Shown: positions 24,082 to 31,883 of the stretch, in pieces | Numbering within the stretch: position 1 is the first letter of the stretch | Layout of the letters: each line of letters opens with the position of its first letter | Origin: a virus | DNA length: 44,398 nt | IMG/VR virus record: IMGVR_UViG_3300045988_090220 | Coordinates: 1-44,398 of that record | Strand: one strand, 5' to 3' | Made by a program: the position numbers and the translations under genes | Notes under the pieces: model-generated | What the model was told of the DNA's origin: nothing | Databases searched by the model: none | Seen by the model: only the letters and a program-made list of their open reading frames with translations

Positions 24082-25589
24082 TAGGACGCTCCTTTCAGTC
24101 TGAGGTTCTTGTAGACAGGGTAGCCCTGATACACAACCTTGCCGCCGTGCCGCTCAGGGTGAGTCTCCATGTCGGCGTTGAACCGCTTGGCGGAACAGGC
24201 GAAGTACCCGTTGGACTTGCACCAAATCTTGTAAGCGTCAAACAGAGACTTCGAGCGGGTGTTGACCCCCTCAGCCTGCTCACAGCGTTCTTCGAGGAAC
24301 TGCAAGCACAGGTCGTTGTCACGCTCGTATTGGTTGACCACCTTCCGCATGGCGGGGGACATTTTCAGACCGAACCGTTTGTACTTGAAGTATCCGGCGA
24401 CCAGCCAAGCGAAAATGCCCTGCATGGCTTCCTGCGTCTGAAACTCATTTTTCAGGTTCTTGTCCTGCTCCGCTTCGGTGAAGTGACGGTTGAACTCAAT
24501 GACCCGCACACGGTCGGAAGCGAACAGGGACTTGTCGCTGACGGTGGGAAGATCGTTGCAGGAAAGCCAAAGAGTGAACTGCGGCAGAAAGGTTGTAGCA
24601 GTCTCATAGAGATTCCGGGCCTTGATTTCTTCACCGCCCGTGAGCTGCTTGATCGTTTCCTCGTCCAGCTTGCCGTACTGATTACTCTCAGCCATCGTGA
24701 CAAACCGTTTGCCTTTCAGGGAAGCCAGCATGGGGTTCGCTGCTTCGGCGTTCTTCGACCGCTCTGCCTTGCAGATGATCGATACGGGGGACACGGAAGC
24801 ATAATCACCGAGAAGGTGATGAATTGCTGAGAGCATGGTGGACTTGCCGTTGCGGGTGGTCTTGCCGTGAAGAATAAACATACATTCCTCGTTCGCCATA
24901 CCCAGCATAGAGTACCCCAGCGCCTTTTGCAGATAGTCCGCCTTGTCTTCGTCATTACAAGTGACCTCTGCAACGAACTTCTCCCAGCGGCGACACCGTG
25001 CGTCCTGCAAGGTATAGTTGAAGTTGGTCTGCATGGTCAGGAAGTCGTGCCAGTCATGCTCTCGGAACTCCATCTTTTCGAGGTCGAAGGTGCCATTCTT
25101 GCAGTTGATAAGGTAGGGGTTTGCGTCAAACTCCGTCGAAGCGATAGGAAGCACACTGGCAGCGTCCTTCATCAGCCGGTCACGGAAGCGCCGGTCGCCC
25201 ATCTTTACGATGAACTTCATGTACTCGGTGCGGCGTTCTTCATTGGTAATCTCACCGCAGTAGAGCGCCATCAGGCGGCAGAACTCTTTGATCTTCTCTG
25301 CTACCAGTAGAGAACCCGTGTCCTTGCGCCATGCACCCTCGGAATAGGTGAACCAGCTTTTCGCTTCGGGGCAGTAGCGGGTATCATTCTTGTAGCACTC
25401 GGAGAACAGCTCCGCCATGCCGGACTCGTCCCACGAATACCCCGTGCCGCTGATCGGGTGGCTATGCTCAGGCTGTGCTTCCTTGATTTGGAACATCACA
25501 CGGGACTGAGCTTCGTCCATGATGTAACGACCGTTGGAGAGCTGGAAAAGAGTCTGTTCTTCGGGGACGGTTGTAATTTCATCAGCCAT
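24081..25589 (-). CDS. D5/P4-type primase-associated SF3 replicative helicase
   Basis: D5_N-like NPYLINCKNGTFDL. Walker A LHGKTTRNGKST. Walker B-like KRFVTMAES. The ATG at 25589 (MADEITT) follows AGGAGAG. Confidence 0.8.
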   Translation of the reverse strand: MADEITTVPEEQTLFQLSNGRYIMDEAQSRVMFQIKEAQPEHSHPISGTGYSWDESGMAELFSECYKNDTRYCPEAKSWFTYSEGAWRKDTGSLLVAEKIKEFCRLMALYCGEITNEERRTEYMKFIVKMGDRRFRDRLMKDAASVLPIASTEFDANPYLINCKNGTFDLEKMEFREHDWHDFLTMQTNFNYTLQDARCRRWEKFVAEVTCNDEDKADYLQKALGYSMLGMANEECMFILHGKTTRNGKSTMLSAIHHLLGDYASVSPVSIICKAERSKNAEAANPMLASLKGKRFVTMAESNQYGKLDEETIKQLTGGEEIKARNLYETATTFLPQFTLWLSCNDLPTVSDKSLFASDRVRVIEFNRHFTEAEQDKNLKNEFQTQEAMQGIFAWLVAGYFKYKRFGLKMSPAMRKVVNQYERDNDLCLQFLEERCEQAEGVNTRSKSLFDAYKIWCKSNGYFACSAKRFNADMETHPERHGGKVVYQGYPVYKNLRLKGAS

Positions 25590-25899
25590 TTTCAGCACTC
25601 TCCTTTGCGAACTTTTTCAATGGTCGAAGGTCGGCTCTGACCCTCCTAATGTATTTCTCTACGATGGACTCAACCTCGTAGTAGGTGACGGGGTTGACCA
25701 CAGAGCGGTCAAAGGCTCGTGCGATCTCATTGACTTCCCGTGTGCGGTCGATTTCGTTGTGGTAGCTGACTGCAAACTGCTGACCGTTTCTCATGGCAAC
25801 CGTGAGAACAAAGGGGTATTCCGCTCGTTGACCTTTACTGGTTGAGATAGTCACAATGTCTGCGACATTGAGAAGGGTTCCATTGAAATTGTAAAGCAT
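25582..25899 (-). CDS. Hypothetical protein (105 aa)
   Basis: ORF with a GAAAGGAAG RBS and an 8-nt overlap with the helicase start. Confidence 0.6.
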   Translation of the reverse strand: MLYNFNGTLLNVADIVTISTSKGQRAEYPFVLTVAMRNGQQFAVSYHNEIDRTREVNEIARAFDRSVVNPVTYYEVESIVEKYIRRVRADLRPLKKFAKESAENG

Positions 25900-25903
25900 G
25901 AGG

Positions 25904-26047
25904 TCACTTCCTTTCCTTCATCGCTCTCGCCAATACCAAAATGGCACACTTCTGAGAGTCTTCGTCCCACCATGCACATAACTCGTGGCAATAATACCCT
26001 TCATCTATTTTAGGATTTAACGGGCATACCTTGTTCTTAATCTCCAT
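25904..26047 (-). CDS. Small Cys-rich protein (47 aa)
   Basis: Hand-translated MEIKNKVCPLNPKIDEGYYCHELCAWWDEDSQKCAILVLARAMKERK. Overlaps the MazF-like stop by 11 nt and ends 4 nt before the next start. Confidence 0.45.
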   Translation of the reverse strand: MEIKNKVCPLNPKIDEGYYCHELCAWWDEDSQKCAILVLARAMKERK

Positions 26048-26399
26048 CGTCTACACCCCCCCCATAAAAGAAAGCGTTCTTCAAAGCGGTGTCCACATGA
26101 CGCATGATCTCAGGCGGCAGAGTGCAGATGTATTCCCAATCATCGGACACATCTACAACACGCACCTGTTCACACTCAACCATGCTCGGCTGTAAAGACC
26201 CCCAAGTGACAGCCACATGGGTCGGCAGTTCGAGCCGCTTGATTTTAGTGGTCAGGGGAACGACAATGCTGGTGGAAGAAAACTGATTGCCGACATTGTT
26301 TTGCACAACCACCCACGGACGCTTACCAGCCTGAATATGACTGTTGGCAAGCATGGGAACATCAATGATGACGACATCGCCACGCTGATAAGGTTTCAT
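26037..26399 (-). CDS. MazF/PemK-family toxin-like endoribonuclease
   Basis: 120 aa. RGDVVIIDVP...GKRPWVVVQNN...SIVVPLTTKIKRLELPTHVAV...SMVECEQVRVVD follows the PemK/MazF pattern (G.v..v.f....E..k.RP.vVvs......v.v.piTs......p.hv.i....S.v...qir.id). Confidence 0.7.
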   Translation of the reverse strand: MKPYQRGDVVIIDVPMLANSHIQAGKRPWVVVQNNVGNQFSSTSIVVPLTTKIKRLELPTHVAVTWGSLQPSMVECEQVRVVDVSDDWEYICTLPPEIMRHVDTALKNAFFYGGGVDDGD

Positions 26400-26401
26400 A
26401 A

Positions 26402-27184
26402 TTACCTCCTGTATCTGGTCACGCTGTTGACAATCAACTCAACTTCTGACTGCGGGAGAGGGGGCTTGCAAGCCTGCTGATTGGCGTACAACAGCTCTTT
26501 GTAAATCTCTGCTTTGGTGTATCCTTGGTTATGGAGCTGACCCGCCAGAGAAGTCAGGCTGAGGTTCCGGCTTCCCGGTGTGATAGGCGGGTATTCAGGC
26601 TTCAAATGCAGTTTGCCGTTTTCAGGGCGGCGATAGATGGGGGAATAGATACGCTGAGGAGCAACCGTATCTGAACTACTTTCTTTCGGTGTGTCGGGAA
26701 AATACTTCTCGACCACATAGTCAATCGCTGACTGGTTTTCAACGATCTCGGAGAAGATCAGAACCTTGCCGGTCATGATGAAGTACCGATTGCTCTTGTA
26801 AATCTCCACGGCGGCACGGTTGTTCTTGCCCTTGAAGGGCAGCTTTCCACGAACGAGAATGTGAACCCCCCTCCCGCTTCTGGACTTTTCCGTGTAGGAC
26901 TGACAATGACCGATAATGTCAGCCGCCAGCGGGTTTAGAAGCCCATCAGTAAAGCCATCGTCAATGTCGATACCTACGACCCCTGTATCGTGAAATACAT
27001 AGCCAAGACCGTCATAGTAGCCGTGCTGGACATTGTGTTCAGCGTCAATGTAATTCGACCATGTATCAGGATTAGAGGAAGAAGCTGCCTTTCTCACGGT
27101 GGCCTGCATGGGAACCTTTGACCCGTCCCACACATTGACCCATGCCTTTTCCGCTCGGAGTTCGGCGGGTATATTCTCATACAT
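26402..27184 (-). CDS. AEP-superfamily bifunctional primase-polymerase (prim-pol)
   Basis: Start MYENIPAEL (27184) after GAGGTGG. DxD motif GIDIDDG and SRSGRGVHIL motif. The C-terminus looks PriCT-like. Confidence 0.7.
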   Translation of the reverse strand: MYENIPAELRAEKAWVNVWDGSKVPMQATVRKAASSSNPDTWSNYIDAEHNVQHGYYDGLGYVFHDTGVVGIDIDDGFTDGLLNPLAADIIGHCQSYTEKSRSGRGVHILVRGKLPFKGKNNRAAVEIYKSNRYFIMTGKVLIFSEIVENQSAIDYVVEKYFPDTPKESSSDTVAPQRIYSPIYRRPENGKLHLKPEYPPITPGSRNLSLTSLAGQLHNQGYTKAEIYKELLYANQQACKPPLPQSEVELIVNSVTRYRR

Positions 27185-27194
27185 TGTTGCCACC

Positions 27195-27746
27195 TCAGCT
27201 TTCATATGGACTGGGTAAACTCCAATCCCATTCGCTCCCGCCACGATACTCATTGCGAAAGTGATTTTGATATCCGTCACCTGAAAAGTACAAATAATCT
27301 TGTGGCAATACCCGTCCAACGTTTATTTGCCCTTGTTTTTCAGCGAAGTATCTGGATAGAACATCTTCGCATAGAGCTTTCAAACTCTCATCCACAGGGT
27401 TGTCCTTGCTGTAACCAACGAAATGTCCGGGTATCGTTACCGCAGCTACAATAGAGCCGTTCCCGTACCCCGCTTCGACATGATTTAGTGCGCACCATAT
27501 AACCGCTGCTTTTTCTGTATCGGACGCAACACTACCAGCCTCACTCCATAGCATTTTCGCCAGTACAATCACTTCTTCGTCTGTCCACGGCTGAGGTGTC
27601 ACCTCCGGCTCTGGCGCCGGGGTGACTACCTCTACCTCCTCGACAACGGGCGAGGGTTCTTCCATCTCAACCGTGGGCATTTTCCAGCAGAGAACGGTGA
27701 TAATGATGACGAACCATAGGGAGATTGTAATTGTTAGCTCTCGCAA
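27195..27746 (-). CDS. Membrane-anchored SleB-like cell wall hydrolase
   Basis: N-terminal TM helix (ITISLWFVIIITVLCW), a Pro/Glu-rich linker, then VLAKMLWSEAGSVASDTEKAAVIWCALNHV resembling the Hydrolase_2 (SleB) family. Confidence 0.55.
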   Translation of the reverse strand: MRELTITISLWFVIIITVLCWKMPTVEMEEPSPVVEEVEVVTPAPEPEVTPQPWTDEEVIVLAKMLWSEAGSVASDTEKAAVIWCALNHVEAGYGNGSIVAAVTIPGHFVGYSKDNPVDESLKALCEDVLSRYFAEKQGQINVGRVLPQDYLYFSGDGYQNHFRNEYRGGSEWDWSLPSPYES

Positions 27747-27964
27747 GGGTTCTTAGCCTCGCTGGACTTGGGCTTTGTCGAGGTTCCAGCAAAATAGAAC
27801 TTGTCATCTACACAGATGGGAAAATCGGGAAAGAGCTTGCTGGCGGTCTGCGTTCCACGAGAGCAAATCTGCTCTGCCGCCGCCAGCGACATTTCATCTT
27901 TCACGAAGTCCTTTCCAGCAGCCATGATATACGGCACTTTGCCGTCAATGCTTCTCAGTTTCAT
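27734..27964 (-). CDS. Hypothetical protein (76 aa)
   Basis: ORF with good coding context. Confidence 0.5.
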   Translation of the reverse strand: MKLRSIDGKVPYIMAAGKDFVKDEMSLAAAEQICSRGTQTASKLFPDFPICVDDKFYFAGTSTKPKSSEAKNPCES

Positions 27965-28039
27965 CGGGTTCTTTCCTTTCTTTGTTCCACGCTTCCACGA
28001 TCTGACGATTGATTTCCATATCCATCGCTTTCTTCACCC

Positions 28040-28681
28040 TCATGACTCAATATCCTCGAAGAACACAGGGTAAGCCATTTTGAATTTGTTGAGTAATTCA
28101 CTGGCAACCACTCGCATATCAGGGTGAGCCGCAGGAGCGCAACGGAGTTTACAGAAATGCCGCCATTCTCTGAGGTCGGCGGTCATAACCACCTCGGTTT
28201 TCAGGCTGTTCGGAAGGACAGATCGAGCTTCCTGCGGGGTGCAACCCTCATTCAGCAGATCGAAGTAGGCGACCTCAGCGTGTTCACACGACCGCTTCCA
28301 GATGTGGTAGGTCGAGTCGGTCTTGGTGAAGGTCGAGGGACAAATAACGGTGATCTCGCCGCCGAAGCCCTCCTTGCCGTAATTGCAATACCGAGTGGAC
28401 TCCTGACAGAACGCCGCCAGACGGTGGCGAACGATCTCGTGGCTCACGCCCCGGTCACAGATGAAGCGGACAGTGAGAGAGCCATGCTCAATGACAGCTT
28501 CGTGACCCCGCTTGATAATGCCCCGGACGAACTTCTCTGCACTTCCGTCCGTGATTTTGTCCTCGGACTTATAGCAAGTGCGCCCTGCGGCTTCGATGGT
28601 GGTCAGAAGGGTCTTATAATCGGGAGCGTTGATAAGCTCCACAGAAGGTTCAATGATTTTCACTTTCAGACTCCCTTTCAT
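28040..28681 (-). CDS. thyX: Flavin-dependent thymidylate synthase ThyX
   Basis: ThyX signature RHRLAAFCQESTRY (RHRxxSxxxxSxR-like), plus HEAVIEHGS and SLKTEVVMTADLREWRHF. The start is uncertain: ATG at 28681, or GTG at 28663 with an AAGGGAG RBS. Confidence 0.85.
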   Translation of the reverse strand: MKGSLKVKIIEPSVELINAPDYKTLLTTIEAAGRTCYKSEDKITDGSAEKFVRGIIKRGHEAVIEHGSLTVRFICDRGVSHEIVRHRLAAFCQESTRYCNYGKEGFGGEITVICPSTFTKTDSTYHIWKRSCEHAEVAYFDLLNEGCTPQEARSVLPNSLKTEVVMTADLREWRHFCKLRCAPAAHPDMRVVASELLNKFKMAYPVFFEDIES

Positions 28682-29024
28682 ACCAAGGTTTGAAGTTGAT
28701 AATCTGTTCATAGAGGTTATTTGCTCTGCCATCGAAACAGATTGTACGGTCATCAACATGAACGATGGAGGGAACTTTTCTTGCTTGAATTTGCACCATC
28801 GGGAACCCGTAGTGTTTCAGCCATTCAGCAATCGCCGCCTGTCCCTCAAAGGACTCCGCACGAGAAGAACAGATGACCACACATAAACCATCGCTTATGA
28901 GTTGTTCAATGACCTCTTTAATCCCTTCTACGGGAGGATCGGGGATAACAGCGGCACCCTTCCACCCGCTTCGGTAGGAATGAATTACGCCATCGAAATC
29001 GAAAGAAACCGTTGGAATATACAT
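28650..29024 (-). CDS. HAD-superfamily phosphatase (nucleotidase-like)
   Basis: 124 aa. N-terminal DxDxV motif (SFDFDGVIHS), VVICSSR and VDDR motifs. Confidence 0.6.
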   Translation of the reverse strand: MYIPTVSFDFDGVIHSYRSGWKGAAVIPDPPVEGIKEVIEQLISDGLCVVICSSRAESFEGQAAIAEWLKHYGFPMVQIQARKVPSIVHVDDRTICFDGRANNLYEQIINFKPWYERESESENH

Positions 29025-29027
29025 ACT

Positions 29028-29612
29028 TCACACCCCCGCAACTTGGCTTGCCAGCATATCGGCTTGGTGTGTCCACAGCACATTCGGGTAATTGCGAACC
29101 GCACGGGTGTAGTCATTCCACTCGGACTTGTCGGTGAAAGCACCCATGTGATAGCGGATACACATGATTTCTTCATCAGTCAGCGTGTAGAACTGAGAGA
29201 GAAGCATAACGGACTTATCGCCGTGGCCTTTCAGAAGGGTGTCGGGGTTGTACTCCCATTTGGACGGGTCAGGGAGCAACATTCCGTCTACGACCAAATC
29301 ACTTGCCGGGTGACGATACTGGTCGATCTTACATAGGTCATGGAACATACCCACGATGAAGGGAGAACGAGCCTTGCGCCAGATCAGGTGATTATCCTGA
29401 GTCAGCGTCAGGAGGAACTTCGTGACCATGTAGGAGTGTTCCAGAAGACCGCCCTCGTAATTACCGTGGTACTTGGTGGAAGCAGGGGCGGTGAAGAAGC
29501 CGTAAGCCATCAGGTACTCCATCATGTCATCGGAAACAACAGAGGTTCCGTCAGACAGCTTCATGAAGTTCATGAAATCAGTCACTTCGGACTTGGAGAA
29601 GCAGTCAGCCAT
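29028..29612 (-). CDS. HD-domain phosphohydrolase
   Basis: 194 aa. KYHG...GGLLEHS...MFHDLCK...GHGDKS residues are characteristic of the HD superfamily. Confidence 0.65.
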   Translation of the reverse strand: MADCFSKSEVTDFMNFMKLSDGTSVVSDDMMEYLMAYGFFTAPASTKYHGNYEGGLLEHSYMVTKFLLTLTQDNHLIWRKARSPFIVGMFHDLCKIDQYRHPASDLVVDGMLLPDPSKWEYNPDTLLKGHGDKSVMLLSQFYTLTDEEIMCIRYHMGAFTDKSEWNDYTRAVRNYPNVLWTHQADMLASQVAGV

Positions 29613-29841
29613 GATAACCCTCCCCGAAATATTTCTCGCACTCGCTCACAGAGCAATCGCACATATTGAGAGGGTGACTATCGTCCCACTCCCCAAGTTC
29701 TACTTCTTTCACCTCGACATGATGTGAAAAAATGTCCAGAGCGTTAGTTGTGACTTCTTCGAGAGCGGTCTTTACATCTCTCTTGTTACATTCGCCAGCG
29801 GGGTCAACGAAATAGCCTGTGAATTTGAAAATCTTAGCCAT
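29605..29841 (-). CDS. Hypothetical protein (about 78 aa)
   Basis: Likely start MAKIFKFTGYF at 29841. The longer track ORF would overlap the MazG gene by about 100 nt. Confidence 0.5.
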   Translation of the reverse strand: MAKIFKFTGYFVDPAGECNKRDVKTALEEVTTNALDIFSHHVEVKEVELGEWDDSHPLNMCDCSVSECEKYFGEGYHG

Positions 29842-30169
29842 TTTCGTACTCCTTTCTATGGATACTCTTTTCGCTGTCGAACCCGTCAGGGTAACGAGCC
29901 AGCAGCTTATCGACATTGTGCTGTGCCACATATTCGAGGGTCACACCCAAGCCGGTCGCCAACTGTGCGACATACCAGAGAACATCGCCCAGTTCGTCAA
30001 CCATCTTCATCGGGTCGAAAGCATGACCCTGAAACTCGGTCTTTTTCAGAATGTCAATGCACTCTCCGGCTTCGCCGTTCAGACCGTAACAGCCGTTGCG
30101 AACCTTATCCCACGAAGTCAGGTTGCCGGAGGTACGCTCGGCAGCTTTCTGATAATCATTCAGCGTCAT
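29834..30169 (-). CDS. MazG-like nucleoside triphosphate pyrophosphohydrolase
   Basis: Start MTLNDYQKAAERT. GLNGEAGECIDILKK and ELGDVLWYVAQLA motifs are typical of the all-alpha MazG family. Confidence 0.75.
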   Translation of the reverse strand: MTLNDYQKAAERTSGNLTSWDKVRNGCYGLNGEAGECIDILKKTEFQGHAFDPMKMVDELGDVLWYVAQLATGLGVTLEYVAQHNVDKLLARYPDGFDSEKSIHRKEYENG

Positions 30170-30356
30170 CGTCAGCGACCTCCTTCTCCAACTCGGCATA
30201 CAACATCGTGTGCATATAGACGGACTCGGACTGGCCGATAGGCCGCAGAACGGTTCTCTTTTTCAGAGTCCACCCGTCACGCAGAGCTGCATTTACTTCA
30301 TCATCGAAGCAGGTGTTATTGTCCAGACGGTTCCGAATGGTTTTAATCTGCAACAT
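30156..30356 (-). CDS. Small DUF1737-like protein
   Basis: 66 aa. FDDEVNAALRDGWTL resembles the DUF1737 pattern. Confidence 0.4.
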   Translation of the reverse strand: MLQIKTIRNRLDNNTCFDDEVNAALRDGWTLKKRTVLRPIGQSESVYMHTMLYAELEKEVADDDAE

Positions 30357-30651
30357 CTTCCGCCGCCTCCATTTCCAGCACCGTCATAATGGCGTAGTTG
30401 GCGAGGTCAATCAGGGTGTCACGGATAGACTCGTCATTGACCTTCTGCTCACCGCTACGGGAGAGGGTCTTAAAGCGGCTGAACTTATCTCCCAACCGGA
30501 TACGAGCCATCGCCATTCCTTCTTCCACGAAGGTCTGGTGGAAGCTGTCACCGTAGTCATGGTTCTTACGCTCATAGAGATTGTTGATCTCCTTGCAGAT
30601 TTCAGCGTGGCGCTGAACCTTGGAGAGCGAACAAATATAGGCTTCTGCCAT
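30343..30651 (-). CDS. DUF1599-like protein (all-alpha, nucleotide-metabolism associated)
   Basis: 102 aa. KNHDYGDSF...IRLGDKFSRFKTL...ESIRDTLIDLANYAIM matches the DUF1599 pattern as I recall it. Confidence 0.55.
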   Translation of the reverse strand: MAEAYICSLSKVQRHAEICKEINNLYERKNHDYGDSFHQTFVEEGMAMARIRLGDKFSRFKTLSRSGEQKVNDESIRDTLIDLANYAIMTVLEMEAAEDVAD

Positions 30652-30695
30652 TGTAGCTTATCCTCACTTTCAACATAGTTTTCAACATACCATTG

Positions 30696-30730
30696 GCGAG
30701 GGAGAGCCTTTCAAATTAGCCCTCCCTCGC
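30696..30730 (-). terminator. 9-bp stem hairpin after the DUF669-like gene, with no U-tract
   Basis: GCGAGGGAG-17 nt-CTCCCTCGC, immediately downstream of the stop at 30739. Confidence 0.3.
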
Positions 30731-30738
30731 ACTCGGTA

Positions 30739-31380
30739 TCAGCCAAGGAGAGCTGCCAAATCCATCGGGGTCTTAGGAGCGGCCTGAGAAGCCGCAGGAG
30801 CGGTTTTAACAGCGGGGGTAGTAACCGTATTGCCAGCGCCGCCCCAGCCCTCAGAGGGGCGCTTATCGACCAAACGGACGAAGGTAATGCTCTGTCCGGG
30901 CTTCTTCTTGTTCTCCTGAACATCATGTTCTACATCGCACTCGATGAAGTGACCAATCAGGTCAGTGTGGTCGATCTCGGTCAGGTCGAAATTGCCGAGG
31001 GCAGCCTTGGCGAAGTAGCTGAAAGCGTTGTATGCACCCTCGTTGGGAGAGCCATCGGATTTCAGCAGAGAGAAGCGCTCGATGTGCTTACTGCCGGTCT
31101 GCGTCTGCATATAGACTTCCAGCTTGCCGAAGTCTTCCTTGTACTTCACATCGGTAATCTGAAAGACATGAGTACCTTCGGGAATGAGGGTGAAGCCCTC
31201 GGTGAGTCCGATTTTAGCCATTGTTTTATCGTCCTTTCTTGATCTTATAATAGTGTCTGCTATATTAGCAACGAGAGTTATTAGGTTTTCGGCACAAGCG
31301 CTTTGACCTAAGCACCCACCTCCACAATAAACACCGAAATATTCATTGTAATAGATGGGGCAACCACCACAAACGCTCAT
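30739..31380 (-). CDS. DUF669-like phage protein (possible ssDNA-binding) with an optional Cys/Gly-rich N-terminal extension
   Basis: The core starts at MAKIGLTEGFTLIPEGTHVFQITDVKYKED (ATG 31221, GAAAGGA RBS). The in-frame upstream ATG at 31380 makes an ATGA overlap with the preceding stop. Confidence 0.55.
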   Translation of the reverse strand: MSVCGGCPIYYNEYFGVYCGGGCLGQSACAENLITLVANIADTIIRSRKDDKTMAKIGLTEGFTLIPEGTHVFQITDVKYKEDFGKLEVYMQTQTGSKHIERFSLLKSDGSPNEGAYNAFSYFAKAALGNFDLTEIDHTDLIGHFIECDVEHDVQENKKKPGQSITFVRLVDKRPSEGWGGAGNTVTTPAVKTAPAASQAAPKTPMDLAALLG

Positions 31381-31880
31381 GCTTCTTTTGTGGTGTAGAA
31401 ATTGAGCTGTTCTGTGTACTCGCAGGGGAAGATGATACCAACCAACTGGTCTTCGTCATCGGGGTACTTGGCGTACCGCTTGACCAACAGGGCTTTCGGT
31501 ACGCTCTTGTCGCTGTCCAGATCGTAAGCGTACAAGATTTCGCAGAAATCAGACTTCTCGATCAGCGACCAGTCATCATTGGTGATGGGAAGGGTCATGG
31601 TGCTGTCCTGCGTGGCGAAGATACGGACACAATCCTTGATTGCGCCGTCCGGCTCAGGCATGATTGCCTTGACCAGCGTGGCGTACTCGGTGCAACCGAC
31701 CTGAGAAATCAGGCGACCAATGCCGTCAGGCATTTTCTCGTTGCTGTACCCGGTCACGCTGCGGATACCATCGGGAATGAGCATAAGTACGGACGGGGAA
31801 GCAAGCCAGCGTTCGTCCATGTACTCGTAGATAGCGCCGCCATCAGGGGCGAGGGACTTCACAAACTTGGAAAATTTCAT
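31377..31880 (-). CDS. Hypothetical protein (167 aa)
   Basis: ORF in the recombination module. Confidence 0.6.
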   Translation of the reverse strand: MKFSKFVKSLAPDGGAIYEYMDERWLASPSVLMLIPDGIRSVTGYSNEKMPDGIGRLISQVGCTEYATLVKAIMPEPDGAIKDCVRIFATQDSTMTLPITNDDWSLIEKSDFCEILYAYDLDSDKSVPKALLVKRYAKYPDDEDQLVGIIFPCEYTEQLNFYTTKEA

Positions 31881-31883
31881 AGG

